Positions 1-10,134 of a DNA stretch of 64,000 bases are shown here, piece by piece (position 1 is the stretch's first letter; every line of letters starts with the position of its first letter). Both the position numbers and the translations under genes were made by a program. The notes beneath the pieces are model-generated. The model was not told the origin of the DNA, did no database searches, and saw only the letters and a program-made list of their open reading frames with translations. Source of the DNA: an uncultured Bacteroidota bacterium (lineage in GTDB: Bacteria > Bacteroidota > Bacteroidia > Flavobacteriales_F > PHOS-HE28); assembly GCA_902825795.1 (NCBI GenBank), contig CADECG010000002.1, positions 15,541 through 79,540 on the forward strand, in the 5' to 3' direction.

Positions 1-2
1 AC

Positions 3-839
3 CTCGATACGTATGGCCTGCACGGCATCCACGGCCGCGCACCGGCCATAGTGAGCGGCCTGCGGAGCGTGCGCCCCGAGTTGAGCGTTTGGATGATCAC
101 CGGCGACGGTGATGCCTTGAGCATCGGTGGCAACCACTTCATCCACCTGCTGCGCCGCAACGTGGATGTGAACGTGCTGCTCTTCAACAACGAGATCTAC
201 GGCCTAACGAAAGGCCAGTATTCCCCGACAAGTCCGGAAGGTTCGGTAACGCGCAGCACGCCGATGGGCAGCACTGACCATCCCTTCAATCCGCTCGCGC
301 TGGTTAAAGGGGCCGATGGCACATTCATCGCCCGCAGCATGGACCGCGACCCGAAGCACATGCGCGAAGTACTCGCCCGTGCCGATGCGCACCGGGGGAC
401 ATCGCTCGTGGAGATCTACCAGAACTGCAACGTGTTCAACGACGGTGCTTTCGAGGTCTTCACGGAGAAAGCCAGCAAGCCGCTCCACACCATCTTCGTC
501 GAGCACGGCAAGCCGCTCACTTTCGCCAATGGTACCAGAGGCATCAAGCTCAATGGCATGACACCCGTGATCGTGGATACCTACGCCGGCGGCACCAGTC
601 TCGATGATCTCTGGATCCACGATGAACGTGATCCGTACAAGGCAAGCATCCTCGTGCGCCTCTTCGACGACCCGCGCTTGGAAGGCGCCATGCCACGGCC
701 CTTCGGCGTGTTCTACGTGAACGACCGGCCCACGCACGAAGCCAAGTTGACCGCGCAGGTCGCGCTCGCGAAGGAGAAGAAGGGCGCTGGTGACCTGGAC
801 GCGTTGCTCAAGGGCGAGCATACGTGGACGATCGGGTAG
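3..839 (+). CDS. korB: 2-oxoglutarate:ferredoxin oxidoreductase beta subunit (TPP-binding), 5'-partial
   Basis: ORF is open to the window edge. Thiamine-pyrophosphate-binding motif '[15 protein letters not shown]...[14 protein letters not shown]'. Product length and C-terminal region are typical of KorB/OorB. Confidence 0.85.
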   Translation, partial: LDTYGLHGIHGRAPAIVSGLRSVRPELSVWMITGDGDALSIGGNHFIHLLRRNVDVNVLLFNNEIYGLTKGQYSPTSPEGSVTRSTPMGSTDHPFNPLALVKGADGTFIARSMDRDPKHMREVLARADAHRGTSLVEIYQNCNVFNDGAFEVFTEKASKPLHTIFVEHGKPLTFANGTRGIKLNGMTPVIVDTYAGGTSLDDLWIHDERDPYKASILVRLFDDPRLEGAMPRPFGVFYVNDRPTHEAKLTAQVALAKEKKGAGDLDALLKGEHTWTIG

Positions 840-846
840 GCATAGG

Positions 847-2943
847 TCAGCGTGCAACTTCGACCGTGTCCGCACGTGCGAACTCTTGGCCAAAGCATGG
901 GAAAACAACCGCTAGCATGGCATCCCTCAACTCCGTTCGCTTCGCATTCACTTGCCTCCGTGCCTTGTCCGTAGCCAACCAATCGAAGTAACGTGCCTCG
1001 TCCAACAAGTCGCGTTCGAGCCTACCTCGTGTACGCAGCATCTGGCGCAGCCCGTTCTCATCCACCGGTTGAAGTGTAGCCGTGATCTCCGCTTTACCAT
1101 TCACGCTCGTAGTGAAAGCGAACTGCTGCTTACCCTTCATTCCTAAACAGAACAGGTCGTAGTTGAAGATGCTGTTCAGTCGCTCAGTGAAACCGCCCGA
1201 GCCTTCCTTCATGCGCTGGTAGCTGTTCAGTTGGTTCGGGATGAGGTACACGACTAGCTCGTCAAAGCTCGCGCGGTCCGCGACTTCCACAATCAGCGGT
1301 GTATAGGTCAGCGTTGCTGTCTTACCGGTCTTATCATCGGTGTAGCTCATGCTGCTGCGCGTAGTCGTGGCTTGTAGCACGGCCTTGTCAACGTTCCACC
1401 AACCGGTGTTGTTCACGGGCACGACCCAAGCTGAGCGGGGCAACTGCACGCGTTTGTATCCGAGCTGCTTGTACACCGTGTCCAGGTTCGCAGCGAATTC
1501 CTTCTCGAAGAGCTCGCCTTCACGAACGCTCTCGGCCGTTGCATGGTCGGCACGCTTGGCATCGCTTTTCACATCCTGCTTCCATTGCGCGCGCCAGAAT
1601 TTCTCCTGGGTCTGCCGAATGGCTTCGGCCTCCGCGCGGCTGTTGTTCTCGTAGAACGCTCGCAAGCGATCGGCGGCATGAGCAGGAAGCTCCACGCGTC
1701 CATTATTCCGCTCAGCGAAGTGGTCGAACTCGGGGTAACCCATTGCTCCAACCTGTTGATCGATCACGCTCAAGTCCTGATCCAAATTGTTCACGTAAGC
1801 GTCGAGGGCCGCGTTATAGCATGTGCCGTGCAACGCGCGCATACGTTCTTCGAACTGCTTTGTCGCGAGGTTGGTGTTGTTGAAGCGCGCGTTCCAAATG
1901 GCCTTGATCTTGGCGGGGTCGATTTCAGCCCTCAAACTATACCTCCGCAACAGGGAGTCTGCCTCACTGTAATATGCTGTATCCTCGACAAGGCGTTCGC
2001 CAAAGAACTGCGGACCCGGCTTTTCTCTCGAATACAGCAGCCCTCCTGATCCTTGCATTGAGAACGAGTAGTACAAACTATCCTTGAACGCTTTGTTCGT
2101 CACATCCTGCCCAAGTTCCGCGAGCTTGGCTTCATAACCCGGCGGATAGAAATTGAGCGTGGTGATATCCACCGGTACCAAGGACTTCTTCAGCGGCTGC
2201 GGGTTGCGCCAGTCGATGATCCCATCATCGCGTTTAACACCTTGGTAGAGTTGCATGTCATCTTGCCTATCGATCGCAGGGACCATTGCGGTGAGCGGTT
2301 TCTCCGGATCGATCTTCACCGGCTTCCCGTTCGCTTGCGCATCGAAGTAGAACATGCCACCGGTTTCGAGCAGCGTGTCGCCGCTAATGGTGCTGAGACC
2401 CGCTTTCATGATGTCCAGCGGATCGAATGCTTCCAGCATGGTGACGCGCACTGGCGTTGTTATCGCCACGCCGAGACTGTCCACGAACGCGCCCTGCGGG
2501 ATGTCGAGCACAACGCCATTCGGTGTAACGAGCGTGGTGTCCTTCGTCGGGTCGATGGTGAGGACGAGCGGATCAAGGCGTGTACCTGTAGTATCTGTTA
2601 GCACACGATACGCCTGCGCATCGATCGGCGAACCATCGGCACCCAGCTTCGCGTCGTTCGATGTCCATAGGAACAAGGCTGCGGTGGAGGCGATGAGCAC
2701 AGTTGCTCCCACACCGGCCCAAGGCGCCCACTTGCTCCACATGTGTTTGCGATAAGCCTTCTTCGCTGCTGCACGTGCGGGTGAGCGACGGGCGGCGCGG
2801 CGTAAGCGCTGTTGGTCTTCCACGAGTGCCGTCAACTCGTCGCTGTTGCGCATGCGCTCCTCGAAGGCCGCGCGGTCGGTGCTGTTCATGGTGCCGTCCA
2901 AGTAGTTGTCCACCAGTTCCATCAAATGCAGTTGGTCGCGCAT
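847..2943 (-). CDS. ECF-sigma-associated anti-sigma-like membrane protein with a large (~650 aa) periplasmic domain of unknown function
   Basis: N-terminus 'MRDQLHLMELVDNYLDGTM...' is paralogous to the 9187-10134 protein, followed by one TM helix (WAPWAGVGATVLIASTAALFLW). Start ATG lies 2 nt after the stop of the upstream sigma gene. The long C-terminal region has no motif I can name. Confidence 0.6.
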   Translation of the reverse strand: MRDQLHLMELVDNYLDGTMNSTDRAAFEERMRNSDELTALVEDQQRLRRAARRSPARAAAKKAYRKHMWSKWAPWAGVGATVLIASTAALFLWTSNDAKLGADGSPIDAQAYRVLTDTTGTRLDPLVLTIDPTKDTTLVTPNGVVLDIPQGAFVDSLGVAITTPVRVTMLEAFDPLDIMKAGLSTISGDTLLETGGMFYFDAQANGKPVKIDPEKPLTAMVPAIDRQDDMQLYQGVKRDDGIIDWRNPQPLKKSLVPVDITTLNFYPPGYEAKLAELGQDVTNKAFKDSLYYSFSMQGSGGLLYSREKPGPQFFGERLVEDTAYYSEADSLLRRYSLRAEIDPAKIKAIWNARFNNTNLATKQFEERMRALHGTCYNAALDAYVNNLDQDLSVIDQQVGAMGYPEFDHFAERNNGRVELPAHAADRLRAFYENNSRAEAEAIRQTQEKFWRAQWKQDVKSDAKRADHATAESVREGELFEKEFAANLDTVYKQLGYKRVQLPRSAWVVPVNNTGWWNVDKAVLQATTTRSSMSYTDDKTGKTATLTYTPLIVEVADRASFDELVVYLIPNQLNSYQRMKEGSGGFTERLNSIFNYDLFCLGMKGKQQFAFTTSVNGKAEITATLQPVDENGLRQMLRTRGRLERDLLDEARYFDWLATDKARRQVNAKRTELRDAMLAVVFPCFGQEFARADTVEVAR

Positions 2944-2945
2944 GA

Positions 2946-3521
2946 TCAGATGGTTTTGGTGTTGGACAGCAGCACGCGGTACTTCTCTCGCGCCTGTTCG
3001 AGGCACTTGTATTTGCGGGTCTTCGCGGCACCCTCGCCGGCATAACCGAAAGCTTGTGCGATGGTTGCGAGCGGCTCAGCATTCAGGTAGAACCGTGTCA
3101 ACAGCTCGCGGCATTTCTCTCCCAACGAAGCGAAGGCGCGCTCGGCGAGGTGCATCAATGGCTCCTCGTTGTTGGTTGCTGGTTCTTCGTTGTTCGGCTG
3201 GGCGGTAAGGGCCGAGATGTGCTTCTCGGCTTTTCCTTTCACGCGCAATTCGGCCAACCACAGGTTGCGGCAGATGCCGTAGAGGTACGCGGCCAATGAG
3301 CCGGAGAACGCGAAGCCTACATCCTGCGCTTTCTCGTGGATGATAACCAGCGCATCTTGGAAGAGGTCGCGTGCTTCGGTGCGACTTCCACCGTGGGTGC
3401 GCACCATGGTCTGGATATCGGACAGTTGTCGATAGAGCTGGGTGAAGGCCTGTTCAGCCCTCCCATCGCGCATCGCCGCGAGCAGTTCCGCGTCGTTCAT
3501 CGGGGTGGTCTTTGCCTTCAT
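2946..3521 (-). CDS. RNA polymerase ECF-type sigma-70 factor
   Basis: Sigma-70 region 2 and region 4 like motifs ('DLFQDALVIIHEKA', 'GEGAAKTRKYKCLEQAR'). Paralogous to 10131-10730. Start chosen by alignment with that paralogue. Confidence 0.8.
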   Translation of the reverse strand: MKAKTTPMNDAELLAAMRDGRAEQAFTQLYRQLSDIQTMVRTHGGSRTEARDLFQDALVIIHEKAQDVGFAFSGSLAAYLYGICRNLWLAELRVKGKAEKHISALTAQPNNEEPATNNEEPLMHLAERAFASLGEKCRELLTRFYLNAEPLATIAQAFGYAGEGAAKTRKYKCLEQAREKYRVLLSNTKTI

Positions 3522-3654
3522 GTGCAGCAAAGAACGAAAGGTGACCCCATTGCGCGGATCTTTCATGTACGAGTGCCGCAAAGCCGTGGTTCTTCATCCG
3601 GAACAGCAACCACAGAGGGATATTTCCCGTCCTTCGCGTCATCACATTCCCATG

Positions 3655-4380
3655 AGGCATTTCATCACTCTCGCCGCGCTCCTCGCTTGCGCACTGACCA
3701 AGCTGCACGCGCAGCGAAGCGACGCCACCTCACCCGATCCGCACAAGTGGTACTTCGCTTCCGGCGGTGAGTGGATCCTATCGTATGCGCTGATCGATGT
3801 GAACGGCAACGACAAGGGGTCGATCCCACGGTTCTCGCCGTTCTTCAACCTGCAGCGTGTTGCGAACTACGACCTCAATGAGCACTTCGGGTTCTTCGTT
3901 GGGCTTTCCCTGCGCAACGTCGGGTTCATCTACGATGTGCCCGACACCACATTGCGCTACAAGTTCCGCACGTACACCTTGGGGTTGCCCGTCGGTTTCA
4001 AGGTGGGCACCATGGGCAAGGGCCTGTTGTTCGTGGGCTACGAATTGGAACTGCCGTTCAACTACAAGGAGAAACGTTTCGAGAACGAGAAGAAGGAAGA
4101 CAAATTCAATGTGTGGTTCAGCGATCGCAACGAACCGCTCTTCCACACCGTGATGCTGGGCTACCAACTACCCAAAGGCACCTGCATCAAATTCAAATAT
4201 TACATCACGAACTTCCACAACGAGGACTTCAAAGAGAACAGGGACGGCGTGGAGTACAAACCCTACAACGGCTTCCGGTCGAACATCCTCTATGTGTCGC
4301 TCGGCTTCAAGTTGTTCCAGAAGGAGAACTACAACCTGACCCCGCAAGCGGCAGAGATCAAGGAAGCTTCGCTGTACTAG
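3655..4380 (+). CDS. hypothetical outer-membrane beta-barrel-like protein
   Basis: Signal peptide 'MRHFITLAALLACALTKLHAQ'. Alternating hydrophobic/aromatic beta-strand pattern and a C-terminal aromatic residue. The ORF-track 5' extension lies antisense inside the sigma gene and was rejected. Confidence 0.55.
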   Translation, partial: RHFITLAALLACALTKLHAQRSDATSPDPHKWYFASGGEWILSYALIDVNGNDKGSIPRFSPFFNLQRVANYDLNEHFGFFVGLSLRNVGFIYDVPDTTLRYKFRTYTLGLPVGFKVGTMGKGLLFVGYELELPFNYKEKRFENEKKEDKFNVWFSDRNEPLFHTVMLGYQLPKGTCIKFKYYITNFHNEDFKENRDGVEYKPYNGFRSNILYVSLGFKLFQKENYNLTPQAAEIKEASLY

Positions 4381-6740
4381 CGTACCGCTGACCTGTCCGG
4401 CTCTTCACCCTCTTCGCGCAGGAGCACGCCGCCGTTCCGGGCCCTATCGGCCCGCTCGCTCAGTATCCGCTCCAGTTCCTCCTTGCGGCGCAGCACACGC
4501 GCAAAGCGCTGACGGTTCAGCAGCAAGCCGATGAGCACGAGCAATACTGCAGCCAACGTGATCGACCACCACCTCATGTACCACGGCGCCAACACCCCGA
4601 AGTGCAAGAGGTCCTGTATGTCGCCATCGGCACCGGGCAGCATCACTTGCAACGTGTAGCGCCCAGCAGGCAATCGTACCGCTTGGATATGTCCGTTATC
4701 GGGCACCGGCAGCGGCTGCTGTTCCAACCCTGCGAAGCGGTATTGCAGTTGCAGGTTGCGTACATCGCCCCAGAACGGAATGCTCACCTCCACGTCGATC
4801 GCAGCATCGGTGTCCAACGGAGCCAGTTGCTCGGAGCGATCCACGGCAATACCATTGACGCGAAGCGCGTCCACTCGCACTCTTCCACGCGGCCATGGGT
4901 CGTCCACGTGGTCCGGATGGAACCAGACCAAGCCATCGATGGTGGGCAACACCAGATGCCCGTTGGCCAAATGGGCGTGGGTGGGACTGCATCCACCGTT
5001 GAATTCCAATGTGCTCACGCCCGATCGGGGACCGTGGAATGCGTACTGGAAAAGCGCTGTGGTGTCTTGCAGGTAGCGCTCCACCGCACGGCCCTCTGCG
5101 CGGAACAACCCACGGTTGGTAGGTAGCCAGAGCCAACCGTTCAGGTCCCGGACAAAAGCATGCACGTGCGAGAGGTCGCGCCGGGGATCGAGCGGGAACG
5201 GAACGATGCGTTCGCCCATGGCGGCGAACGCGCCTTGACCATAGGTACCAACGAACATCCTGTCGCCTTCGCGATGCAGTGCACGTACGAAGATCTCCTG
5301 CAATCCCGGAACCGGCGATATCGTTCCCGTGGACGCGTCGACACTGAAGACGCCCTTGCCCGTAGCGAGCCACAGCGATCCGTTGGGGGCGCGCCGCAAT
5401 GCGAAGACCTGCTCGTGGAAGTCGGCGGCAGTGCGGTTGTACACGACCACCGGCACATCGTGCACGAAGGCCACCACCCCCGCGATACCGGCCACCCAAG
5501 TGGTATCGCCCTCTTGCAGGTACGCCGTAACGAGGCCCGAGGGTGTGACCAGTTCGCGCAAGATCAAGCCGCTCGATCGTTCAATGATCCACACCGTATC
5601 CGAGCGTGATGTCCAGATGCGGTCCTGTGGATCGAGGTGCATAGCGATCCCCTCGGTGGTGCTGGGGAGCAGGGATCCACGCCGGAAGCCTTCAGCATCC
5701 GCCTCCCACCCATCCTGCGTCAGTACACGGGCACTATCGAGTGGCACCAATGCATAGAACGCATCGCCACGTTCATCATCACCACCCTCGGCGCGCACGT
5801 TGGTGCGCAGGTCCATTCGATGATATCGGAACAGTCCTTTGTTGCCCGTGCCTACGAACACGTTGTCGCCCTCCGGCGATACCGATACGGCAAGGACCGA
5901 CGTTCCCTTCGGCAAACCGGTGATGAGCGGAACGAACGCGATCAGGTCCGGGGATCGCGCCTGCAACTCCCACAAAGTATCCGGCGACAGCGCGTATACC
6001 GCTTCCTGCACGGGGTTCCAGAAGAATCGTTGAATGGCCGAAGGATCCGGACCGCCGACCATGGCGACCGGTGAGAGTGTGTGCGTTGCACGATCCGATC
6101 GGTGCAGCATCGCATGGCGGTCCAGCACATGGATGCTACCCCCCAACATGAAGTCCATGTGGTGGGCCGCTTCAACGGCAACCTTCTTCACTGGGCGGAC
6201 ACCCTGATAAATGTGGAGAGCGCCGGGCCCGAGCACAGCCCACTCCAAGCCATCAACTGAAAGCAGCTGATCCTCCCAGCGGACCCAACTCGCCAGCGCG
6301 GTATCGGAAAGCACGTCCCCGACTATCGCGCGGAACGAACCGACCGAAGGCAGCACGCCCGCGATCTTATGTGGTTGCCTACTGAAGCTCCGCCCATCGA
6401 CCAAGCGGCGCGGGCCGTTCTCCTCGATGCGGTACAAGCTGGACAATACATCCATCACCAACAACTCGTTGGTCGCACTTCGGAACACATGGGCCATACG
6501 GTCTTCAACTATGGAACTGTCCGTACTGGTGGAGAACACCTTGAAACGGAGCCCATCGAACCGCACCAACCCACCCTCGGAAGTAAGCCACAGATAGCCG
6601 CTGGTATCGAACGCCATGGACCGCACACTGTTCTGCGGAAGTCCGTTGGCGGCGGTGTACTGCTCCACGTGCCACCGGTTCTGGCCGAACACCAAGCACG
6701 TTTGAAAAAGAAACCATGCGACAACGAATGAGCGCACCAT
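4377..6740 (-). CDS. two-component-regulator-propeller / Y_Y_Y domain protein with a C-terminal TM helix and no kinase or receiver output
   Basis: Signal peptide 'MVRSFVVAWFLFQTCLVFGQN'. Repeated 'NGLPQN/SV..MAFD..G.LW' beta-propeller blades. Late TM segment 'WWSITLAAVLLVLIGLLL' is followed by only ~60 aa (coiled/charged). No HisKA/HATPase motifs. Confidence 0.65.
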   Translation of the reverse strand: MVRSFVVAWFLFQTCLVFGQNRWHVEQYTAANGLPQNSVRSMAFDTSGYLWLTSEGGLVRFDGLRFKVFSTSTDSSIVEDRMAHVFRSATNELLVMDVLSSLYRIEENGPRRLVDGRSFSRQPHKIAGVLPSVGSFRAIVGDVLSDTALASWVRWEDQLLSVDGLEWAVLGPGALHIYQGVRPVKKVAVEAAHHMDFMLGGSIHVLDRHAMLHRSDRATHTLSPVAMVGGPDPSAIQRFFWNPVQEAVYALSPDTLWELQARSPDLIAFVPLITGLPKGTSVLAVSVSPEGDNVFVGTGNKGLFRYHRMDLRTNVRAEGGDDERGDAFYALVPLDSARVLTQDGWEADAEGFRRGSLLPSTTEGIAMHLDPQDRIWTSRSDTVWIIERSSGLILRELVTPSGLVTAYLQEGDTTWVAGIAGVVAFVHDVPVVVYNRTAADFHEQVFALRRAPNGSLWLATGKGVFSVDASTGTISPVPGLQEIFVRALHREGDRMFVGTYGQGAFAAMGERIVPFPLDPRRDLSHVHAFVRDLNGWLWLPTNRGLFRAEGRAVERYLQDTTALFQYAFHGPRSGVSTLEFNGGCSPTHAHLANGHLVLPTIDGLVWFHPDHVDDPWPRGRVRVDALRVNGIAVDRSEQLAPLDTDAAIDVEVSIPFWGDVRNLQLQYRFAGLEQQPLPVPDNGHIQAVRLPAGRYTLQVMLPGADGDIQDLLHFGVLAPWYMRWWSITLAAVLLVLIGLLLNRQRFARVLRRKEELERILSERADRARNGGVLLREEGEEPDRSAVR

Positions 6741-7018
6741 GGCAACGGTGGCAGTGGCCTCCATCCGTAGAAAGGTCGAACGTGTGCTCATGCTGTGCCG
6801 TGTCGAATGTCGGGAAGATCCGGTCGTGTAGTTCATCATCGGCCACATGGTGCTTTGCGCATCGGCGATGGCGCACAACAGCATGTCAATAGTCCTCACC
6901 TCCAGCGCTGGCACAGCCCTATACTCACAATACTTTCGGACCTTGCACCATAGCGCTGATCCCGACCGGACGCGATGATGCGGCACAGTTTTCGGGATAT
7001 AGACCTCATGCATGATAC

Positions 7019-7957
7019 GTGCGGCCGATGAACCATAAGCACTCCGTCCTCCACTTCCTCAGGCCCGGAGCATTCGGGCTCAGTTCAGTGTTGATATGCT
7101 TCGCGACATCTCTTCAAGCCCAAGACCGCACCGAGAGGGGATACGCCTTGAACTGGACCGGCGAGCTGCGCGTGGAACCAGGCGCCATCAGCAACGGCAA
7201 GTGGGTGCTGGCCGGGCATAGCATACCGGTGTACGAAGCCGATGGCAAGGACGCGCTTGACCTGTGGAAGAAGGAGTACAAAGCCTTCGGCGCCGAGTTC
7301 AGCGGCAGCAAACCCACCAAGGCGTTGCACGTGCTGGTACCGGCCCTCTCCACAGCACCCATACTGGTGCTGGCCCATGCCACCGATGGCGCGAAACGCG
7401 GACCCGCACGGCTGACGCTGGCGTTCTGTGCGAACGACAGCACACTGCTGGAAACCACCGGCGATGTGGAAAAGGTGATGCACGAATTGGCGGTGCGCTT
7501 GAACCGCGCGGTGATACAACCGCAGGTGGACGAGCAGCAGAAGGTGGTGGACCGGTATGCCGACAAGCTTGCGGGTGCGCAGAAGGACCAAGCACAGGCT
7601 GAGCGGAGAGCGGCCAACGCGAACGACGACTTGGAAGATGCCAAGCGTGACAAGAGCAAGGTGGGCGACAAGCAGGCCGAGCAGCAGCAGGAAGTGGTGA
7701 AACTGCAGAAGCGCTACAACAAAAGCGGCGATGCCGACGACCTGAGGAGACTGACCAAGGCGCAGGCGGAACTGGCCGATCTACAGGAGCGCATGAGCAA
7801 GGAATTGAAGGACGAACAACGGGCGCAAAAGGATGCGAACAAGCGGCAGGACGATGTGCCCGATGCGGAAAAGGACCAGATCGAATACCAGAAGGCGAAG
7901 GAGAAGGCGATCAGCGAGTTGGAGGCGCTGAAGCGCAAACTGGAGGCGGTGCGATGA
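7019..7957 (+). CDS. hypothetical secreted protein with a long C-terminal coiled-coil (Lys/Glu/Gln-rich)
   Basis: Signal peptide 'VLICFATSLQAQ'. C-terminal ~150 aa are heptad-like and charged ('DKLAGAQKDQAQAERRAANANDDLEDAKRDK...'). Confidence 0.5.
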   Translation: MRPMNHKHSVLHFLRPGAFGLSSVLICFATSLQAQDRTERGYALNWTGELRVEPGAISNGKWVLAGHSIPVYEADGKDALDLWKKEYKAFGAEFSGSKPTKALHVLVPALSTAPILVLAHATDGAKRGPARLTLAFCANDSTLLETTGDVEKVMHELAVRLNRAVIQPQVDEQQKVVDRYADKLAGAQKDQAQAERRAANANDDLEDAKRDKSKVGDKQAEQQQEVVKLQKRYNKSGDADDLRRLTKAQAELADLQERMSKELKDEQRAQKDANKRQDDVPDAEKDQIEYQKAKEKAISELEALKRKLEAVR

Positions 7958-8042
7958 GGAGGCACGTTCGCCGAAGGGATCAACGGAATGCGATGGTGTG
8001 CAACGGAAGTCAGGGTCGCGAGCGACTTGGGCAAATGAGCTG

Positions 8043-9134
8043 ATGCGGGCGCTCACTGTGTTTCCTGCCGTTGCGCTGGCTGTTGCACTGGCGCCATTGA
8101 ACAGTGCTGCGCAGGACACTTTGCGCATCGCTCCAGGCAACGGCGGCTTCGACAGCGCGTACGTCATCGACTGCACGCACATGCTCACCACGCGGTTCTA
8201 CGTGAGCAGCAAGTTCAACGCCATGAACATGCGCGATCAGGACATCGGCAGCAACGTGGAGTACCGTCCCAACACCCGCACGAACCTGGGCCTGGGGGCG
8301 AGTTACCGGGCATTGACGCTCAACATCGGCATCGGCTTCCCGTTCCTGAACAGCGACGACAGCCTGCGCGGCAAGACGCGCTACTTCGATGGGCAGGCGA
8401 ACATCTACGGCAGGCGCTGGGTGATCAATCTCTTCGCGCAGGTCTATCGGGGGTACTACATCGATCGGCTCAGTTACCCGGGATCGGCCGGGCAGGACAG
8501 CACTTATCTGCAGATCATGGACAACGAGCGACTGAGGCCCGACATGCGGCAACGCAATCTGGGCGTGAGCGTGATGCACATCTTCGGGAACAGACGGTTC
8601 AGCTACCGCGCGGCGTTCAACCAGGATGCCTGGCAGAAACGTAGCGCGGGATCCATGTTGCTGGGTGGTAACGTGGTGTACCAAGGATTGCGCGCCGACC
8701 ATTCAACGATCCCCATCGCTGTGGACAGTTTGTTCTCGCCCGCTCTCCGCTTCCGGCGCATCGACCAGTTCGAGATCGGCGGCCTGTTCGGATACGCGCA
8801 CACGTTCGTGATCGCGCGACACGTGTTCTTTTCACTCTCCACTTCCGGTGGACTGGGCTTGGCCTACAGCCAGTCGACAACACCGAGCGATGAGGGCGAT
8901 AAGCTGCGTGATGATTGGAGTTTGGCCGTGCGGACGCAAGCCCGCGTGGCAACAGGCTACAACAGCGCCCGCACATACGTGGGCGTGCAATACGTGAACG
9001 AGCAGAGCATCACGAACCTGACGAGCGGTGCGCAATACGGCTGGAACGTGGGCAATTACCGCCTGTTCATCACCTATCGGTTCAAGGCCCGCGTGAAGCC
9101 GGTGGATGCTGTTATGCGGTGGTTCGGCCAGTAG
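8043..9134 (+). CDS. hypothetical outer-membrane protein (possibly DUF4421-like beta-barrel)
   Basis: Signal peptide 'MRALTVFPAVALAVALAPLNSAAQ'. Beta-strand-like composition. C-terminus 'YRLFITYRFKA' is beta-signal-like. Family assignment is from memory only. Confidence 0.5.
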   Translation: MRALTVFPAVALAVALAPLNSAAQDTLRIAPGNGGFDSAYVIDCTHMLTTRFYVSSKFNAMNMRDQDIGSNVEYRPNTRTNLGLGASYRALTLNIGIGFPFLNSDDSLRGKTRYFDGQANIYGRRWVINLFAQVYRGYYIDRLSYPGSAGQDSTYLQIMDNERLRPDMRQRNLGVSVMHIFGNRRFSYRAAFNQDAWQKRSAGSMLLGGNVVYQGLRADHSTIPIAVDSLFSPALRFRRIDQFEIGGLFGYAHTFVIARHVFFSLSTSGGLGLAYSQSTTPSDEGDKLRDDWSLAVRTQARVATGYNSARTYVGVQYVNEQSITNLTSGAQYGWNVGNYRLFITYRFKARVKPVDAVMRWFGQ

Positions 9135-9186
9135 TGATCGGGCCTGCGGCGCGGTTGTGGAAGTCGCGCTGCTTGGTGTGCGCGGA

Positions 9187-10134
9187 TCACTTATCCCGAA
9201 GTCTTTCCCCGAACATCAATGGCACCGTCATCCGGCACCGCGCGGGTTTCCCATTGGTTTTGCATGGCAGCCACTTGGGCATGCCCTTGATCACACGCAC
9301 CGCTTCTTTATCGTGGGCTTCACTGAGGCTTTGCTTCAACTGCACATCGCTGATGCGGCCCAGTTCATCCACCAAGAAATCGACGATCACCGTTCCGCTC
9401 GCATCGCTTTTGGCGATAGGGCGTATGTTCTGCTGCAAGTAGCGGTGCATGGCATCCCAACCGCCTTTGAACATCGGTTCCGTGGTGTTGGAGGGAGGCA
9501 GTACACCAGCAGGTTGACCCAGCAGCGTAACGCTGTCCAACCGGTTGGCGATCTCCTCCTTCGTCAACGCGCGCAGATCACCACCATCCGCCGTTTTGAT
9601 CATCGCCCCGGGGCTTGCCACTTCGCGTTGCTCAACCACTACTGCTCCCTTCGGTATGCTGTCCCAGCTCACGCGCTTTCCGTTCACGGTGGCGACGTAA
9701 ACGGTATCGAACAGCGTGTCGACCTCGGCGCGGTAGTGGGTGGTACGTTCCGTTGATGCACTGTCGGGCGCACGCGCTTCAACGATGGTATCCTGTGGCC
9801 CAGCGATGGGGTCCAATACGTTGGCAACTTGAACAGTATGCGCATCCTCATGTGACAGCAATAGTGTACCGGTAATACCCAGTCCAACGATCACTGCGCT
9901 GCCCGCAACCCATGGCCACCAATTCCCGAAGCGATAAGTGGTGTAGGCCTTGGCCGCCGACATCCGCAGGTTCACACGGTGCATCCCTTCTCGCAACGCC
10001 CGCTGATCGTTCACCACATCGCGCAGCTCTTGGCTACCGGCCATGCGCACCTCGAACGCGCTGCGCTCGTCGGCCTCCATTGTACCATCCAAGTACCGAT
10101 CGGCCAGTTCCAACAGGTGTAGTTCGTCTCTCAT
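9187..10134 (-). CDS. anti-sigma-like membrane protein fused to a TonB C-terminal domain
   Basis: N-terminus 'MRDELHLLELADRYLDGTMEADERSAFEVRM' is paralogous to the 847-2943 protein, followed by a TM helix. C-terminus 'GVLPPSNTTEPMFKGGWDAMHRYLQQNIR...GTVIVDFLVDELGRISDVQL...RVIKGMPKWLPCKTNGKP' is characteristic of the TonB C-terminal domain. Start ATG overlaps the sigma stop (ATGA). Confidence 0.7.
   Translation of the reverse strand: MRDELHLLELADRYLDGTMEADERSAFEVRMAGSQELRDVVNDQRALREGMHRVNLRMSAAKAYTTYRFGNWWPWVAGSAVIVGLGITGTLLLSHEDAHTVQVANVLDPIAGPQDTIVEARAPDSASTERTTHYRAEVDTLFDTVYVATVNGKRVSWDSIPKGAVVVEQREVASPGAMIKTADGGDLRALTKEEIANRLDSVTLLGQPAGVLPPSNTTEPMFKGGWDAMHRYLQQNIRPIAKSDASGTVIVDFLVDELGRISDVQLKQSLSEAHDKEAVRVIKGMPKWLPCKTNGKPARCRMTVPLMFGERLRDK

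Noticed and set aside
204-908. 234-aa ORF on the minus strand overlapping korB
   Set aside because: It is antisense to a confidently identified TPP-enzyme gene. It has no motif. Long spurious ORFs are expected in GC-rich DNA.
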